A DNA stretch of 64,000 nt from a virus (lineage: Duplodnaviria; Caudoviricetes), in IMG/VR virus record IMGVR_UViG_3300025723_000017, positions 32,001-96,000 of that record. The stretch is one strand, 5' to 3'. The position numbers were made by a program, and so were the translations under genes. Positions 8,715 to 19,507 of the stretch are shown one piece after another (positions within the stretch are counted from its first letter, which is position 1; the number at the start of each line of letters is the position of its first letter). The notes under the pieces were generated by a model, which saw only the letters and a list, made by a program, of their open reading frames with translations, was not told the origin of the DNA and ran no database searches.

Positions 8715-10086
8715 CACACAACGATTATTTTTAGAGATGATGTTACACGACGCAGAATCATTTGTACGTGTGCAAAACATTTATAATCCAGAAAATTTTG
8801 ATCGAAGCATTAAACCAGCGGCTGAATTTATTAAAAAACACTACGAAGATTATAGTTCATTGCCTATACTGGCACAAGTATCAGCTGCGTCTGGAGTAAA
8901 ACTTACAGAAATTCCTGAATTACCCGATGGTAGTTTGAATTGGTTTATGGAGGAATTTGAAAAATTTACACAGCGGCAGGAATTGGAACGTGCTATTCTT
9001 AAGTCTGCAGACTTATTAGAAAAAGGTGAATTTGGGCCTGTTGAAAAATTAATCAAAGATGCAGTACAGATTAGTTTACAAAAGGACATGGGAACAGATT
9101 ATTTTTCTAATCCTAAAGAACGCAATGACAAATATTTTAATAGTGGGGGACAAGTCAGTACAGGATGGCCTAGCTTAGATAAAATATTATATGGTGGGTT
9201 TAGTCGCGGTGAATTGAATATTTTTGCTGGTGGATCAGGTTCAGGTAAATCATTGGTTATGATGAATATTGCCATTAGTTGGTTGCAACAGGGACTAAGT
9301 GGTGCATATATTACGCTAGAACTTAGTGAAGAATTAGTAGGTTTAAGAACTGATGCTATGCTTTCAGGCATGTCAACCAAGGACATTAGAAAAGATTTAG
9401 ATACCGCAGAATTAAAAGTTAGGATGTTTGGAAAAAAAGCAGGGCAATATCGAGTCAAAGGATTGCCAGCACAGAGTAATGTCAATGATGTAAGGGCATA
9501 TTTAAAGGAAGTGCAGGTACAAACGGGTATTGCAATTGATTTCGTAATGGTAGATTACTTGGATTTGTTAATGCCAGTTTCGGCTAAAGTTAGTCCAAAT
9601 GATTTATTTGTTAAAGACAAATATGTATCGGAAGAATTACGTAACTTGGCTAAGGAATTGAATATATTATTTGTCACAGCAAGTCAATTGAATCGTTCAG
9701 CTGTAGAAGAAATTGAGTTTGACCACAGTCATATTTCAGGTGGTATTAGTAAAATTAACACAGCAGATAATGTATTTGGTATTTTTACAAGTCGAGCTAT
9801 GAAAGAACGTGGGCGTTATCAATTACAATGTATGAAAACACGTACTAGTAATGGAACTGGGCAAAAAGTTGAGCTAGAATACAATGTAGAAACTATGAGA
9901 ATTACTGACTTACCAGAAGAAGCAAGCCCAGTAAGTTCATTTAAACGTCCTAATGTATTAGATAATATAAAAACACAAAGTCGAGTAGTTGACGGTACAT
10001 CGATGTCGTCAGAAACTGGAAAAATTACAGCCGAAGTGCAAAGTAATAAATTAAAATCTATGTTAGCGCAAATTAAAAGTGTATAA
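8692..10086 (+). CDS. DnaB-like replicative helicase (gp41-like)
   Basis: GGSGSGKS, TLE, VDYLDL, TASQLNR. Confidence 0.92.
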   Translation: MLNDYGIDTQRLFLEMMLHDAESFVRVQNIYNPENFDRSIKPAAEFIKKHYEDYSSLPILAQVSAASGVKLTEIPELPDGSLNWFMEEFEKFTQRQELERAILKSADLLEKGEFGPVEKLIKDAVQISLQKDMGTDYFSNPKERNDKYFNSGGQVSTGWPSLDKILYGGFSRGELNIFAGGSGSGKSLVMMNIAISWLQQGLSGAYITLELSEELVGLRTDAMLSGMSTKDIRKDLDTAELKVRMFGKKAGQYRVKGLPAQSNVNDVRAYLKEVQVQTGIAIDFVMVDYLDLLMPVSAKVSPNDLFVKDKYVSEELRNLAKELNILFVTASQLNRSAVEEIEFDHSHISGGISKINTADNVFGIFTSRAMKERGRYQLQCMKTRTSNGTGQKVELEYNVETMRITDLPEEASPVSSFKRPNVLDNIKTQSRVVDGTSMSSETGKITAEVQSNKLKSMLAQIKSV

Positions 10087-10139
10087 TTTAGGGCCTGATA
10101 TTTAAAAATCCAATAAATAATAAAAAGGTTCTGGCAAAG

Positions 10140-10388
10140 ATGCAAAAGAAAACTCGTAGTTTATTAGAAGAATTAGATTCTATGTATGTTGCACGTGATC
10201 AACGACATATAATCGAAAATCGAGCCAGTAATATAATCACTTCGGCTATTCGTTTATTAGAACAAATAGACGAATCCTATACCCCCGAGCAAGCAGAAAA
10301 TCTTACACGAAAATTAATTAATGCAATTAAAATGCGTGATCCGGGTAAATTTACTCGCACTGTGAGGAAAACTGATGCAAATTCATGA
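10140..10388 (+). CDS. hypothetical protein
   Basis: ORF after TAAATA site. Confidence 0.7.
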   Translation: MQKKTRSLLEELDSMYVARDQRHIIENRASNIITSAIRLLEQIDESYTPEQAENLTRKLINAIKMRDPGKFTRTVRKTDANS

Positions 10389-11472
10389 AATAACTAAAGG
10401 GCCTCAACGTACTGACGAGGGTATTCTCGACAAGGTTAAAGCGGGTGTAAATGCTGTTAAAACTGGATATAATAAAACTAGTGATAAAGTAGATGCAATT
10501 ACACAAAAAATTGGTAATAATGCTCGTGATGCACAATGGAATAATACACAAGATAAAATAAATCGACAAGCTGCTGCTGCGGCTAAACGATTGCATAAGC
10601 AAGGATTTAGTGTCAATAATGTAGATCAAAAAGGAAATCTTGTAGCTCCATTGCCAAGAGCAAGTACTCCAAAGAATGTAGCTGCACAAAAAGCTGCGGC
10701 TGTTGCTGCACAAAAACAGCTTCTACAACAATTTTTGCAGTCATTTGTTGGCCCACAACAGCCAGCAGCAAATGTAAATACTGCGGCCACTCCAAAGGGT
10801 ACAGTATATACACCAAATACTGCTAATACCAATGCATTAACACCAGGACAGGCTAATCAACAAACTGCTGTACAACAAATGAAAGCAACTAATTCGTCTA
10901 ACATTCAACAAAGTAATGCCGATAATCAACTCAGAGCTGCATATCGTGCAGCAATTGCCAAACCAGGATTTAACAGAACTCTAGCAGATAAAAATGCTAT
11001 AAAAGCTGCTACTGCACGTGGTATCAAAGAAGATCAGGAATTAACAAATGGGCAACATCTTGACATACAAAGAGATTTTCCTAATTGGATTAGTAAACAA
11101 ATTCCTGGTTTAGCCAAAGCAGAAAAAAATCCAGAAGTAAAGCAACAATTAGATCAAGAATTAGCGGCCATGGTTGCTGCAAAATCTAATATACAAGCAT
11201 TATCTGCGGCATTTGAAAAATATGTTTCAATTGCAAAATCTGCAATTGCTAAAATAGATACAAGCAATGTAAATAGTAATCCTTTAGGCAGCACAAATGT
11301 ACCTGGGTATGCATCGAGAAATCTTGCATTTGTGGCTAAAAATTTAGGAGTAGATCCATCGGCATTGCAAAAGATACAGAATAAAATATATCAAAATAAA
11401 GAATCGGTACGTCCTGTAGACACTGGATCGCCAACAATGAATACCATAATCAAAGCCATGAAACCAAAATGA
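10375..11472 (+). CDS. Ala/Gln/Asn-rich probable internal head protein
   Basis: MQIHEI start, low-complexity composition, late operon. Confidence 0.5.
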   Translation: MQIHEITKGPQRTDEGILDKVKAGVNAVKTGYNKTSDKVDAITQKIGNNARDAQWNNTQDKINRQAAAAAKRLHKQGFSVNNVDQKGNLVAPLPRASTPKNVAAQKAAAVAAQKQLLQQFLQSFVGPQQPAANVNTAATPKGTVYTPNTANTNALTPGQANQQTAVQQMKATNSSNIQQSNADNQLRAAYRAAIAKPGFNRTLADKNAIKAATARGIKEDQELTNGQHLDIQRDFPNWISKQIPGLAKAEKNPEVKQQLDQELAAMVAAKSNIQALSAAFEKYVSIAKSAIAKIDTSNVNSNPLGSTNVPGYASRNLAFVAKNLGVDPSALQKIQNKIYQNKESVRPVDTGSPTMNTIIKAMKPK

Positions 11473-13037
11473 AATTATTAAAAGAAAATGATGGTATGTT
11501 CAAAGATAATGATGGACAAATGGACACACAGCGTATAAATCAAACTGACATTAAGACAACAGTAGATTGGCTTGAACAAATGATTGACTTAGATTTATTA
11601 GATACTATAGAAAATAATGGTGATAGCAGTTTAAGTAAATTAGAATTATGTATAGATTCAAATAAGTTATCTCCAGATCAGTTGATTGCTGAACTAACAC
11701 AATGGTGTAATAGTCATGATCTCAAAGCTAGAGAATATGTAAAAAATTCAGGTTCAAAGATTTATTTTAAGACCCCAATCAACGGAAATCCAAACAACGG
11801 ATATATACAAACTAATTTCAGTTTTGCGAAATCTAACGAAACACACACTGAATCAGAAGTACACTTTTTATCTAGATTAAGAGATCGTATAGTTAATCAA
11901 GGTATGTTAAAATTAATTGAGTCGGATGAAGTTAAAATTAATGGCGGTAAAGCAAAAGGTATAGAGCATATCGAAGATTTAGTATTTAGAAAAGGAACAT
12001 CTGGAATTAAAGATGCATTAATGCATATTAAACATTTAGCATCTGATACTAAAAATTCCGCCACTATTAAATGGGATGGTAAACCAGCAATTATATTTGG
12101 TAGAAATCAAGATGGTGAGTTTATATTAACTGATGTCAGTGGATTTAAAGCTAAAGATTATGACGGATTGTTCACTAGTCTAGTACGTATTAGAGAACAT
12201 TTAACCCATCGAGATAGTAATGCACCTGGTATTGCACATCGTGTTGAACAACTTGGTCCTATATACGACATATTATGGCCCATGTTGGAACAAGCGGTTC
12301 CTGCAAATTTTAAAGGATACATTCAAGGCGACTTATTGTATACTAATACCCCAGAAGAAGAATCAGGTGCTATGGTTTTTAAACCAAATACCATAGAATA
12401 TAACATTCCAGTTAATACCAAATTAGGTGAGGAAATTGCCAATAGTCAAGTAGGCATCGCTGTGCATACTTATTATAAAGATCATGACAGCAATAAAGAG
12501 CCAATTTTTGATGTAAAATTACTTACTGTTCCTGGGTTGCTACTAATCAAACCTATACGTCCAGTTGAAAACGTCAAACCTAAAGATGCTAAATTAATTA
12601 AAGAATTGAGAAGTATACTAACTGCATACGGGGATTCACTTGATACCTTGTTTAATCCAGCAGAACTTAGACAATTACAAATTAGTGATTTACCAAAATT
12701 ATGTATAGACTATATTAACAGTTTAATTAATGACGAATCTGAAGTTGGATTCGACATAGATACATTGATACCAAAATTTGGAAATTGGCTAATGAATAAT
12801 ACCAGTCGAAGAAAATATAAAAATATTGTAGAATATTTACAAAGTCCACGATCTAATGCAGAAGGCATGAGTGCGGCATTTACTGCATTTGTATTATTAC
12901 ATGATATTAAGCTAGATTTATTGCAACAATTAGATAGACAAAACCCCGGTCAAGAGGGTTGGGTAATTGCTACACCTGGTGGATTATGTAAACTTGTCAA
13001 CAGATTCAAATTTACACGTAACAATCAAAAAAAATAA
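11469..13037 (+). CDS. degenerate NTase-like N-terminus fused to DUF6267-like (ligase-like KWDG) domain
   Basis: 'IEHIED','TIKWDGKPAIIFG','IQGDLLY','EGWV','KLVNR..F'. Confidence 0.6.
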   Translation: MKLLKENDGMFKDNDGQMDTQRINQTDIKTTVDWLEQMIDLDLLDTIENNGDSSLSKLELCIDSNKLSPDQLIAELTQWCNSHDLKAREYVKNSGSKIYFKTPINGNPNNGYIQTNFSFAKSNETHTESEVHFLSRLRDRIVNQGMLKLIESDEVKINGGKAKGIEHIEDLVFRKGTSGIKDALMHIKHLASDTKNSATIKWDGKPAIIFGRNQDGEFILTDVSGFKAKDYDGLFTSLVRIREHLTHRDSNAPGIAHRVEQLGPIYDILWPMLEQAVPANFKGYIQGDLLYTNTPEEESGAMVFKPNTIEYNIPVNTKLGEEIANSQVGIAVHTYYKDHDSNKEPIFDVKLLTVPGLLLIKPIRPVENVKPKDAKLIKELRSILTAYGDSLDTLFNPAELRQLQISDLPKLCIDYINSLINDESEVGFDIDTLIPKFGNWLMNNTSRRKYKNIVEYLQSPRSNAEGMSAAFTAFVLLHDIKLDLLQQLDRQNPGQEGWVIATPGGLCKLVNRFKFTRNNQKK

Positions 13038-13127
13038 CCTACAAATTTAAACCAAAACTGCACTTTTTTATCATTTAACTAAATACAAGTAGGACCTTTG
13101 AGTCCATAAACTTAGGAGATTTAAAAA

Positions 13128-13577
13128 ATGGCACAGATTCCATTAGTAAACGGCGGTTCGCAACCAGTATTCGCTATTGATACACTCAATGGCCCACAAT
13201 TATCAGCTAACACAACATATAGCCCAGCTGGTACACCAGTACAAATGGCAGGTCCAAAACTGGACTTTTTCGGTATTGGTTTAGGTAACTCAGCTTTTAA
13301 TCAAGCTGGTGTTAACGGTGCAGTTCAGTTGATTCTTCAAACAATTCAACAAACAGCTACAGTAGCAATGTATCAAGTTGACAACACAAATAACACTGTT
13401 GACTTCAGCGTTGCAATTTACCCAACAGCAGCTTATACAGCTTCAACATTACAAGCAGCTATCCAGGGTTTAGGTAACATTTATAACTCAACAGCTAATA
13501 CATATTGTAACGTAGCTGCTGCTACTGTTACCAATGTTGGTTTCCGTTTAGCTTCAACAGCTACATCAGCTAGCTAA
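13128..13577 (+). CDS. highly expressed virion structural protein
   Basis: Late promoter, strong AGGAG, biased codons, Ala/Thr-rich, terminator follows. Confidence 0.6.
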   Translation: MAQIPLVNGGSQPVFAIDTLNGPQLSANTTYSPAGTPVQMAGPKLDFFGIGLGNSAFNQAGVNGAVQLILQTIQQTATVAMYQVDNTNNTVDFSVAIYPTAAYTASTLQAAIQGLGNIYNSTANTYCNVAAATVTNVGFRLASTATSAS

Positions 13578-13601
13578 TTTTAAAGGCAACTTTAAGACAC
13601 T

Positions 13602-13623
13602 AACCCGCTTCGGCGGGTTTTTT
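13602..13623 (+). terminator. intrinsic terminator
   Basis: AACCCGC-TTCG-GCGGGTT + T run. Confidence 0.9.
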
Positions 13624-13660
13624 GTTGACATCATATAATAATTAGTTAAATACACACATA

Positions 13661-13906
13661 ATGATGGTCAGCAAAATAACAGAATTAACAATTTTTGAAA
13701 GCCCAGACGGCGGACGCACAGTGTACGCACGTAAACCTGGGCATAACCAACGCGAAATGTTTTCTCGAGATGAGCTTAGAGAGAAAGAAACAGCTGAATA
13801 TGAACGTTGGCTTAATGTTTTTAATGCTAGACGTACTAATACTGCATTAGATGAGCTTTGTAAGCAAGCTGAGATATTATATGAATTATCTAAGAAATCA
13901 GAATGA
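13661..13906 (+). CDS. hypothetical protein
   Basis: 'IFESPDGGRTVYAR' phage-type motif. Confidence 0.7.
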   Translation: MMVSKITELTIFESPDGGRTVYARKPGHNQREMFSRDELREKETAEYERWLNVFNARRTNTALDELCKQAEILYELSKKSE

Positions 13907-14316
13907 GATTTTCCTGCAAAACACTATTCGATATTACTGCAACAGGTGTCACTGGGCATTATAAATCAGCACGGGTTCCATTCAAAGACTTGTCAGGAAA
14001 AATGATAGAAGATGAAAAATCCTGGAATCATGCGAGAAATCAGCAGCGTAATTGGGAAACATTGACTCAGTTGATAGGATTGCGAACTCAAATAGCTAAA
14101 ATGAGTAATCCAGTTAAGTCCAATATTACATGGAGTTTTGACTTTGAAGTAGATACTCCTTACGTATTTGGACCTGAAAATAATCCCACTGAAATGCTTT
14201 TGTCTGATTGTATTGGTGTACCAATGTTAATAGGATTAGAAAATGTAAAAACTTTATTGCCTTTTTTGATAGTCGAAGGTATTGATCAAAACATATGGTT
14301 TGGAACTTTAGACTAA
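13903..14316 (+). CDS. hypothetical protein
   Basis: ATGA overlap with upstream gene. Confidence 0.7.
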   Translation: MRFSCKTLFDITATGVTGHYKSARVPFKDLSGKMIEDEKSWNHARNQQRNWETLTQLIGLRTQIAKMSNPVKSNITWSFDFEVDTPYVFGPENNPTEMLLSDCIGVPMLIGLENVKTLLPFLIVEGIDQNIWFGTLD

Positions 14317-14335
14317 ATAGTGTAAAGGAATCGCT

Positions 14336-14599
14336 ATGATCGAAACTACTGATATTGAAAAAAAGAGCCTAGAAGCGCATGTTGAGTTATGCGCTGAACG
14401 TTATAATGCCGTAGATACCAAATTAGTTACCTTAGATGATAAAATCAGTCATTTATGCTCAGAGATTGCAGAAGTTAAAACTAGTCTGTCAAAATTAAAT
14501 GAAAAAAATACTGATCGTTTAATTACATGGGGAGTTTCAATCATCGGAGTTATGGCATTGATTATAGGATTTTTTATAGAGCACTACGTTGTAAAATAA
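14336..14599 (+). CDS. coiled-coil protein with C-terminal TM helix
   Basis: Heptads then hydrophobic segment; SD AAGGA. Confidence 0.7.
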   Translation: MIETTDIEKKSLEAHVELCAERYNAVDTKLVTLDDKISHLCSEIAEVKTSLSKLNEKNTDRLITWGVSIIGVMALIIGFFIEHYVVK

Positions 14600-15093
14600 T
14601 GAACGAAATTTTATTTGACAAATTATTCCGTAAGGAATTTCCGGAAATGACATCCAATCTTATTTTTCAAAATGAGAATGGAGAATATGAAGTTTTTGGT
14701 CGTTTCATTATCAAAAAAGAAAAAAATCTGTGTCGAGTATACTGTTCAGATACAGAAAAAGGTGTTTTTAGCAGTACAAAATCAGCATTAAGTTGGTGCA
14801 TTGCCATTAAATTTTATCAATATAACTTAGCTCGTGATATATTAAATTTAGATAATAAATTAACATCACTAAGCAATGATATAAATGCAAGAGCTAATAT
14901 TGCAGATCAAAGCAAAAATCTAGATTTCCAAGAAACTGTGGAAATCAAATTAGAAAATAAAATTATCCATAAAAAGCAAATGGAACAACAATTAAATAAA
15001 TGTATCAATTACGCTAAATACTATCAACAAAAAGGATTTAATAATGAAACTGTTCGAACTGGCATCAACTACGCCATCAAAACAAGCCGCTAA
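14599..15093 (+). CDS. hypothetical protein
   Basis: TAATG coupling to upstream gene. Confidence 0.65.
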   Translation: MNEILFDKLFRKEFPEMTSNLIFQNENGEYEVFGRFIIKKEKNLCRVYCSDTEKGVFSSTKSALSWCIAIKFYQYNLARDILNLDNKLTSLSNDINARANIADQSKNLDFQETVEIKLENKIIHKKQMEQQLNKCINYAKYYQQKGFNNETVRTGINYAIKTSR

Positions 15094-15994
15094 AGTATTC
15101 GAAAGTTACTTTGGTGATACCATCAATGTCGATGTGATTTCTCCGCGTCAAGCACGCATGATGTTAAACAAAGTATCCAAATTAGTAAATGAACATCGTG
15201 CTACACCTGATTTTCATCATAGTGAGCAGAATCCAACTTATCTAAAATTGATGATGATGGAGCGTGTACTAAAAGCTAAAGTTAATGAAACTCCTACTGT
15301 AGCTGTAGGTTCAACTGCTGGGGCTACTAATAATCAACAACAATCCACTACAGGTATGCCTCCAGTTAATCCTACGGTAGCCGCTGGCGATGCTGCTAAA
15401 AAACAACAACAGCAAGCACAAGTCAACAGCATTAGCGATCCTAAACTCAAAGCCGCAATGCAAAAGGCTACGCAAGGACAAACATTGAATCCAATGGATC
15501 AACAAATGGTTGCACAAGCAGCATTGCAAACAGAAAGTAAATCAATGCGTCGTCAATTGTATCGTTTGTTACGCGAATCTGAAGTACAACAAGCGCAAGT
15601 TGTTCTTGCCGCACAAGCTATGGTTGATGAAATCCAAACCATGTTAGAAGAAACTACAAAGATGCAATTCAAAGATTTACCAGGGTTAGTCAGTGAAATG
15701 AAAAACCAATACGGTGTTGATCGTGCAATGCAATTCAATACAGATGCGGTAGCAGCAATTAGCGCATTGGTTCAAAGCATTCAAACTGCTAAACAACAAA
15801 TGGATCAAGCATTAGGTGTAGTGACTGGGCAGGCTTCTCCTGTAATGCCAGGTGAAGAGCCAGGTGAAGAATCAATGGATGAATTACCATTACCAGGCGA
15901 TGAACCTGATTTAGATACCGATGCAGGAATGGAAGAATTACCTCCCGAAGAACCTGAAATGAATGGTGCTGGTCTAGGCCGTACTAAACGCTAA
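15044..15994 (+). CDS. probable head scaffold/internal protein
   Basis: MKLFE start, internal L.E sites, acidic Pro-rich tail. Confidence 0.5.
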   Translation: MKLFELASTTPSKQAAKVFESYFGDTINVDVISPRQARMMLNKVSKLVNEHRATPDFHHSEQNPTYLKLMMMERVLKAKVNETPTVAVGSTAGATNNQQQSTTGMPPVNPTVAAGDAAKKQQQQAQVNSISDPKLKAAMQKATQGQTLNPMDQQMVAQAALQTESKSMRRQLYRLLRESEVQQAQVVLAAQAMVDEIQTMLEETTKMQFKDLPGLVSEMKNQYGVDRAMQFNTDAVAAISALVQSIQTAKQQMDQALGVVTGQASPVMPGEEPGEESMDELPLPGDEPDLDTDAGMEELPPEEPEMNGAGLGRTKR

Positions 15995-16350
15995 TGTTAA
16001 TATTTGAAGTAGAAAATTCTGAGCCAGTAGATACTGCCAAATTAATGGCATTGGTAAATCTATTGGCTGGCAGAGCTAACGATACCGATTCAACTAAACA
16101 AATATCTTTAGCTGCATTTGCTAATGCAGCGAAAAAGATAGGTATCAATATTAGCGGAAACGAGGAAGAAATCAGTAATTTGATCGATAATCCTCCTTTG
16201 AGTAATTTATTGTTACCATACGAGCCAGGATCAAATGTAATTAAATTTAAGGGCAATAATGATCCAGGTGATCAAACAATGCCAGTAAATCAAGCCGAAC
16301 AAATAGTAGCAGCTAATGCCAAGTCTGCTATGAAAAATTTTGGTAAATAA
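15994..16350 (+). CDS. hypothetical late protein
   Basis: TAATG coupling, MLIFE start. Confidence 0.65.
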   Translation: MLIFEVENSEPVDTAKLMALVNLLAGRANDTDSTKQISLAAFANAAKKIGINISGNEEEISNLIDNPPLSNLLLPYEPGSNVIKFKGNNDPGDQTMPVNQAEQIVAANAKSAMKNFGK

Positions 16351-16417
16351 TCAAATATCTTGATTTTTCATACTAAACTAAATACAATCAATATACAGTT
16401 CATCTAAGAGGTCTATT

Positions 16418-16753
16418 ATGGCAAAGAAAAAATTTATTTTATCATTGATTTTAGCATTTACTGCCACCTCATCATTGGCTCAATATCACAGTGGACATAC
16501 GTATCATGGTCCAGTAGTCGTTAATCGTTATTATGGACATGGCGGATGCTATGGCTGTGGTATCGGTGCTGCAATTGTAGGTGGTACTATTATTGGATCT
16601 GTCTTATCACGACCTTACTATGCTCCTGCTCCGATTATTGTTACTCCACCCCCGATAGTGTATACAACCCCAGATGTTCCGTACGGATATCATTGGCAAA
16701 CCATGTTAGATTCTACATGTAATTGTTATCGAAATGTGTTGGTTCCCAATTAA
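16418..16753 (+). CDS. exported Gly/Pro/Tyr-rich small protein
   Basis: Signal peptide, glycine-zipper-like segment. Confidence 0.65.
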   Translation: MAKKKFILSLILAFTATSSLAQYHSGHTYHGPVVVNRYYGHGGCYGCGIGAAIVGGTIIGSVLSRPYYAPAPIIVTPPPIVYTTPDVPYGYHWQTMLDSTCNCYRNVLVPN

Positions 16754-16800
16754 TATTATACAGCGATAGTAGAATTTTTTTATAGTATAAATACTATACT

Positions 16801-17628
16801 ATGAAAAAAATACTATTACTTTTGACATTATTGCTTACAAACACAGTGGCTATGGCCCAACTGTCTACATCTGCCGTGCCTCTTCCGCCAGATATCGCTG
16901 CAATTAAAAAACGAAATGTTTTAGTTGTAGCAATGACTAAGCAAGATTCCCCTCCCTTTTACAGCGGTGATGCAGAACATCTACAGGGATTAGATGTTGA
17001 TATTGCCAAAAGCATAGCACATATATTAAATGTACCTGTTGAATTTCGTCGAGATGCAGCTAGTTTTGCCGATGTTGCTGAACAAGTACGAGATGGTCGT
17101 GCCGACATAGCTGTCAGTAAATTATCTATTACCCCGCCAAGATTACAAACATTAAGATTTAGTGTTCCTTATCTACGTCTTAAACAGGCTATGATAGTTA
17201 ATCGCTTATGGTTAAGCAAAAATTTAGACGGCAGAGAACCTTATGAAGCAATAAGAAATTTTAATGGTCGTTTGAGTTTTATCAAAAACAGCAGCTATGA
17301 AACATTTGCAAAAATTAATTTTCCCAATGCCGAGTACAACTCCGAAGTAAATTGGGGGAAAATTGTAGAAGATGTAATGTCTGGACGTAGTGCTGGTGCA
17401 TATCGAGATGAGTTTGAAATGAAAAAAATCAGTTTCGAAAAACCAGATGCAGCACTTAGTACTAAAGTAATCACTATAAGCGATGCTGTCGATGATATTG
17501 CAGTAGCAGTTAATTACCAATCGCCGCAATTACTGGCTATAATTGACTATGTTATTACTAATCAATATAGCAACATTAATGTTAAAAAATTAATGGATCG
17601 TTATAAATCAGAAATTTCAAAGAAATAA
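16801..17628 (+). CDS. periplasmic amino-acid-binding protein (SBP family 3)
   Basis: Signal peptide; 'PPF','GLDVDIA','GRADIAVS.LSIT..R....FS.PY'. Confidence 0.9.
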   Translation: MKKILLLLTLLLTNTVAMAQLSTSAVPLPPDIAAIKKRNVLVVAMTKQDSPPFYSGDAEHLQGLDVDIAKSIAHILNVPVEFRRDAASFADVAEQVRDGRADIAVSKLSITPPRLQTLRFSVPYLRLKQAMIVNRLWLSKNLDGREPYEAIRNFNGRLSFIKNSSYETFAKINFPNAEYNSEVNWGKIVEDVMSGRSAGAYRDEFEMKKISFEKPDAALSTKVITISDAVDDIAVAVNYQSPQLLAIIDYVITNQYSNINVKKLMDRYKSEISKK

Positions 17629-17643
17629 TCGGGATAAATCATA

Positions 17644-18936
17644 ATGTCATATTTAAAAAGTTTTTTAACGAGTCCATGGACCATATTAGGTTCTATTATA
17701 TTAGGGGTACTGACGGGAATTTATACTCCTGAGTTTGCAGTAAATTTTGAACCTGTTGGCGGTATCTATATTAGCTTATTAAAAGTTGTTGTATTGCCAT
17801 TCTTATTTGCTACTATTATGGTAGGTGTAATTAATCTACTGCAAAAAGAAGGCAGTCAGACTATGATTAAGCGTATCATTTTGGGATTCCTAGCAAGTAT
17901 GTTTCTTTCCTCGCTGATAGGAGTGGGTACAGTGGTTATTACAGGAAGCGAAATGACCACTGAAAAGAAAATACAATTGGGAGCATTGGTTAATAATAAA
18001 GATCAATCTTCGGACATGAATATTACATTGCACGAACCTATGCCTGTAACTGAAAAAGTTAATCCAATGGCAGTAGCCGATAAATTTATTCCTGAAAATA
18101 TTTTTGCCACATTGGATCGCGGAGAAAGTTTAAAGATTGTTATATTTTGTTTAATATTTGGTATTGCATTAGGCAGTATCAAATCCCCAGGACAGCGTAT
18201 TATAGTGGATATATTCCAAAGTGTACAACTAGCTAGTATCAGTATTTTCAAATTCTTAAACTATGGATTACCATTTGCTCTATTGGCTATGATTAGCGCA
18301 CAAGTAGCCAAAGTAGGCGTAGGTATATTTGGCACAATGATAGAATTTATCTATCAGCAGTTTATTGGCGGCATGTTAATCGTTATTGTAGGAACACTAG
18401 TAATTTGGGTAAGAGCTGGTGGCAGTATTATGAATGTAATAAGAGAAACCAAAGAAACGTTGATTGTTGCAGTAAGCTCACGCAGTAGTTTGGCATGTAT
18501 TCCTTATGCACAAGAAGCACTGTCTAGATTACAATTTGACAAATCTGGAGTTGAACTTACGGTTCCATTAAGTTTTACTGTTAATCGAGTTGGTAGTGTA
18601 TTGTATTATGCTATTGCGACTGTTTTCATTGCCAATATATATGATACTCCAATGACAATTGGAACCTTAATGGTGGTATTATTTGGCAGTATATTAGCTG
18701 GATTAGCCAGTGCTGGTACTACTGGTATACTAACAGTGGCTACTGTGGCTGTTGTTTGCGATTTATTAAAATTGCCGAGCGAGGCAGTGCTAGTACTATT
18801 GATAGCCGTTGACCCATTGATGGATATGATTCGTACTGCAAGTCATGTACATGGTAATGTTGCAGTGACTGCATTTGTATGTGATAAGGAAAAACAAGAT
18901 GAGCGAAATCAAACAATTCCTACTCAATCTACTTGA
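17644..18936 (+). CDS. dicarboxylate/amino acid:cation symporter (DAACS/GltP family)
   Basis: Multi-TM; 'LLKVVVLP','FIPENIF','SSRSS','DPLMDMIRT'. Confidence 0.9.
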   Translation: MSYLKSFLTSPWTILGSIILGVLTGIYTPEFAVNFEPVGGIYISLLKVVVLPFLFATIMVGVINLLQKEGSQTMIKRIILGFLASMFLSSLIGVGTVVITGSEMTTEKKIQLGALVNNKDQSSDMNITLHEPMPVTEKVNPMAVADKFIPENIFATLDRGESLKIVIFCLIFGIALGSIKSPGQRIIVDIFQSVQLASISIFKFLNYGLPFALLAMISAQVAKVGVGIFGTMIEFIYQQFIGGMLIVIVGTLVIWVRAGGSIMNVIRETKETLIVAVSSRSSLACIPYAQEALSRLQFDKSGVELTVPLSFTVNRVGSVLYYAIATVFIANIYDTPMTIGTLMVVLFGSILAGLASAGTTGILTVATVAVVCDLLKLPSEAVLVLLIAVDPLMDMIRTASHVHGNVAVTAFVCDKEKQDERNQTIPTQST

Positions 18937-19507
18937 ATGGATAGGACATAGTCCTTTTAGATTATTTACAGTAATATTATTGTGTTTCTTAACCTTTATT
19001 GGGTGGGTCGGATATACCGAAAAAGATAAATTCATGGAAAGCTATCGCGCCCAACAGGCATTGCCGCACATGAATGGTAAGTATGAAGAAGCGTCTAATT
19101 TTATAATCAAGAATAGTCAAGCAGAGTTAATTGCTATTTACGAAGTTAACACACTATTAAACACACGCAAGTTGATATATTTTACCACACGTAGTGGTGG
19201 GCAGGACACCACTAGGTATGGATCAGATGTTGGACTACTGACAAAAGATTATGACAATAATAATGATGTCATTTCCATGATGTCAGGTAAAGTTCCTTGT
19301 CAAACTTATGAACGTCCGCAAAGTTTTATGGGATTCGTGTATGTAGAGCATGGAGTAAAGTATATGTGCAGAATCAGTGTACCGACAGAACCTGGCACAT
19401 TCATAGGACAAATTTCAGTAGGTTGGAAAGAAATTCCCAGTAAACATGATATTGAAGTTGGACAAACTGTAATGTCAGTCGCCAGCGGTATATTGTATAA
19501 AAAATGA
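18899..19507 (+). CDS. single-TM protein with periplasmic domain (T4 holin T-like topology)
   Basis: SD TAAGGA; amphipathic N-terminus, one TM helix, ~160-aa domain with two Cys. Confidence 0.4.
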   Translation: MSEIKQFLLNLLEWIGHSPFRLFTVILLCFLTFIGWVGYTEKDKFMESYRAQQALPHMNGKYEEASNFIIKNSQAELIAIYEVNTLLNTRKLIYFTTRSGGQDTTRYGSDVGLLTKDYDNNNDVISMMSGKVPCQTYERPQSFMGFVYVEHGVKYMCRISVPTEPGTFIGQISVGWKEIPSKHDIEVGQTVMSVASGILYKK

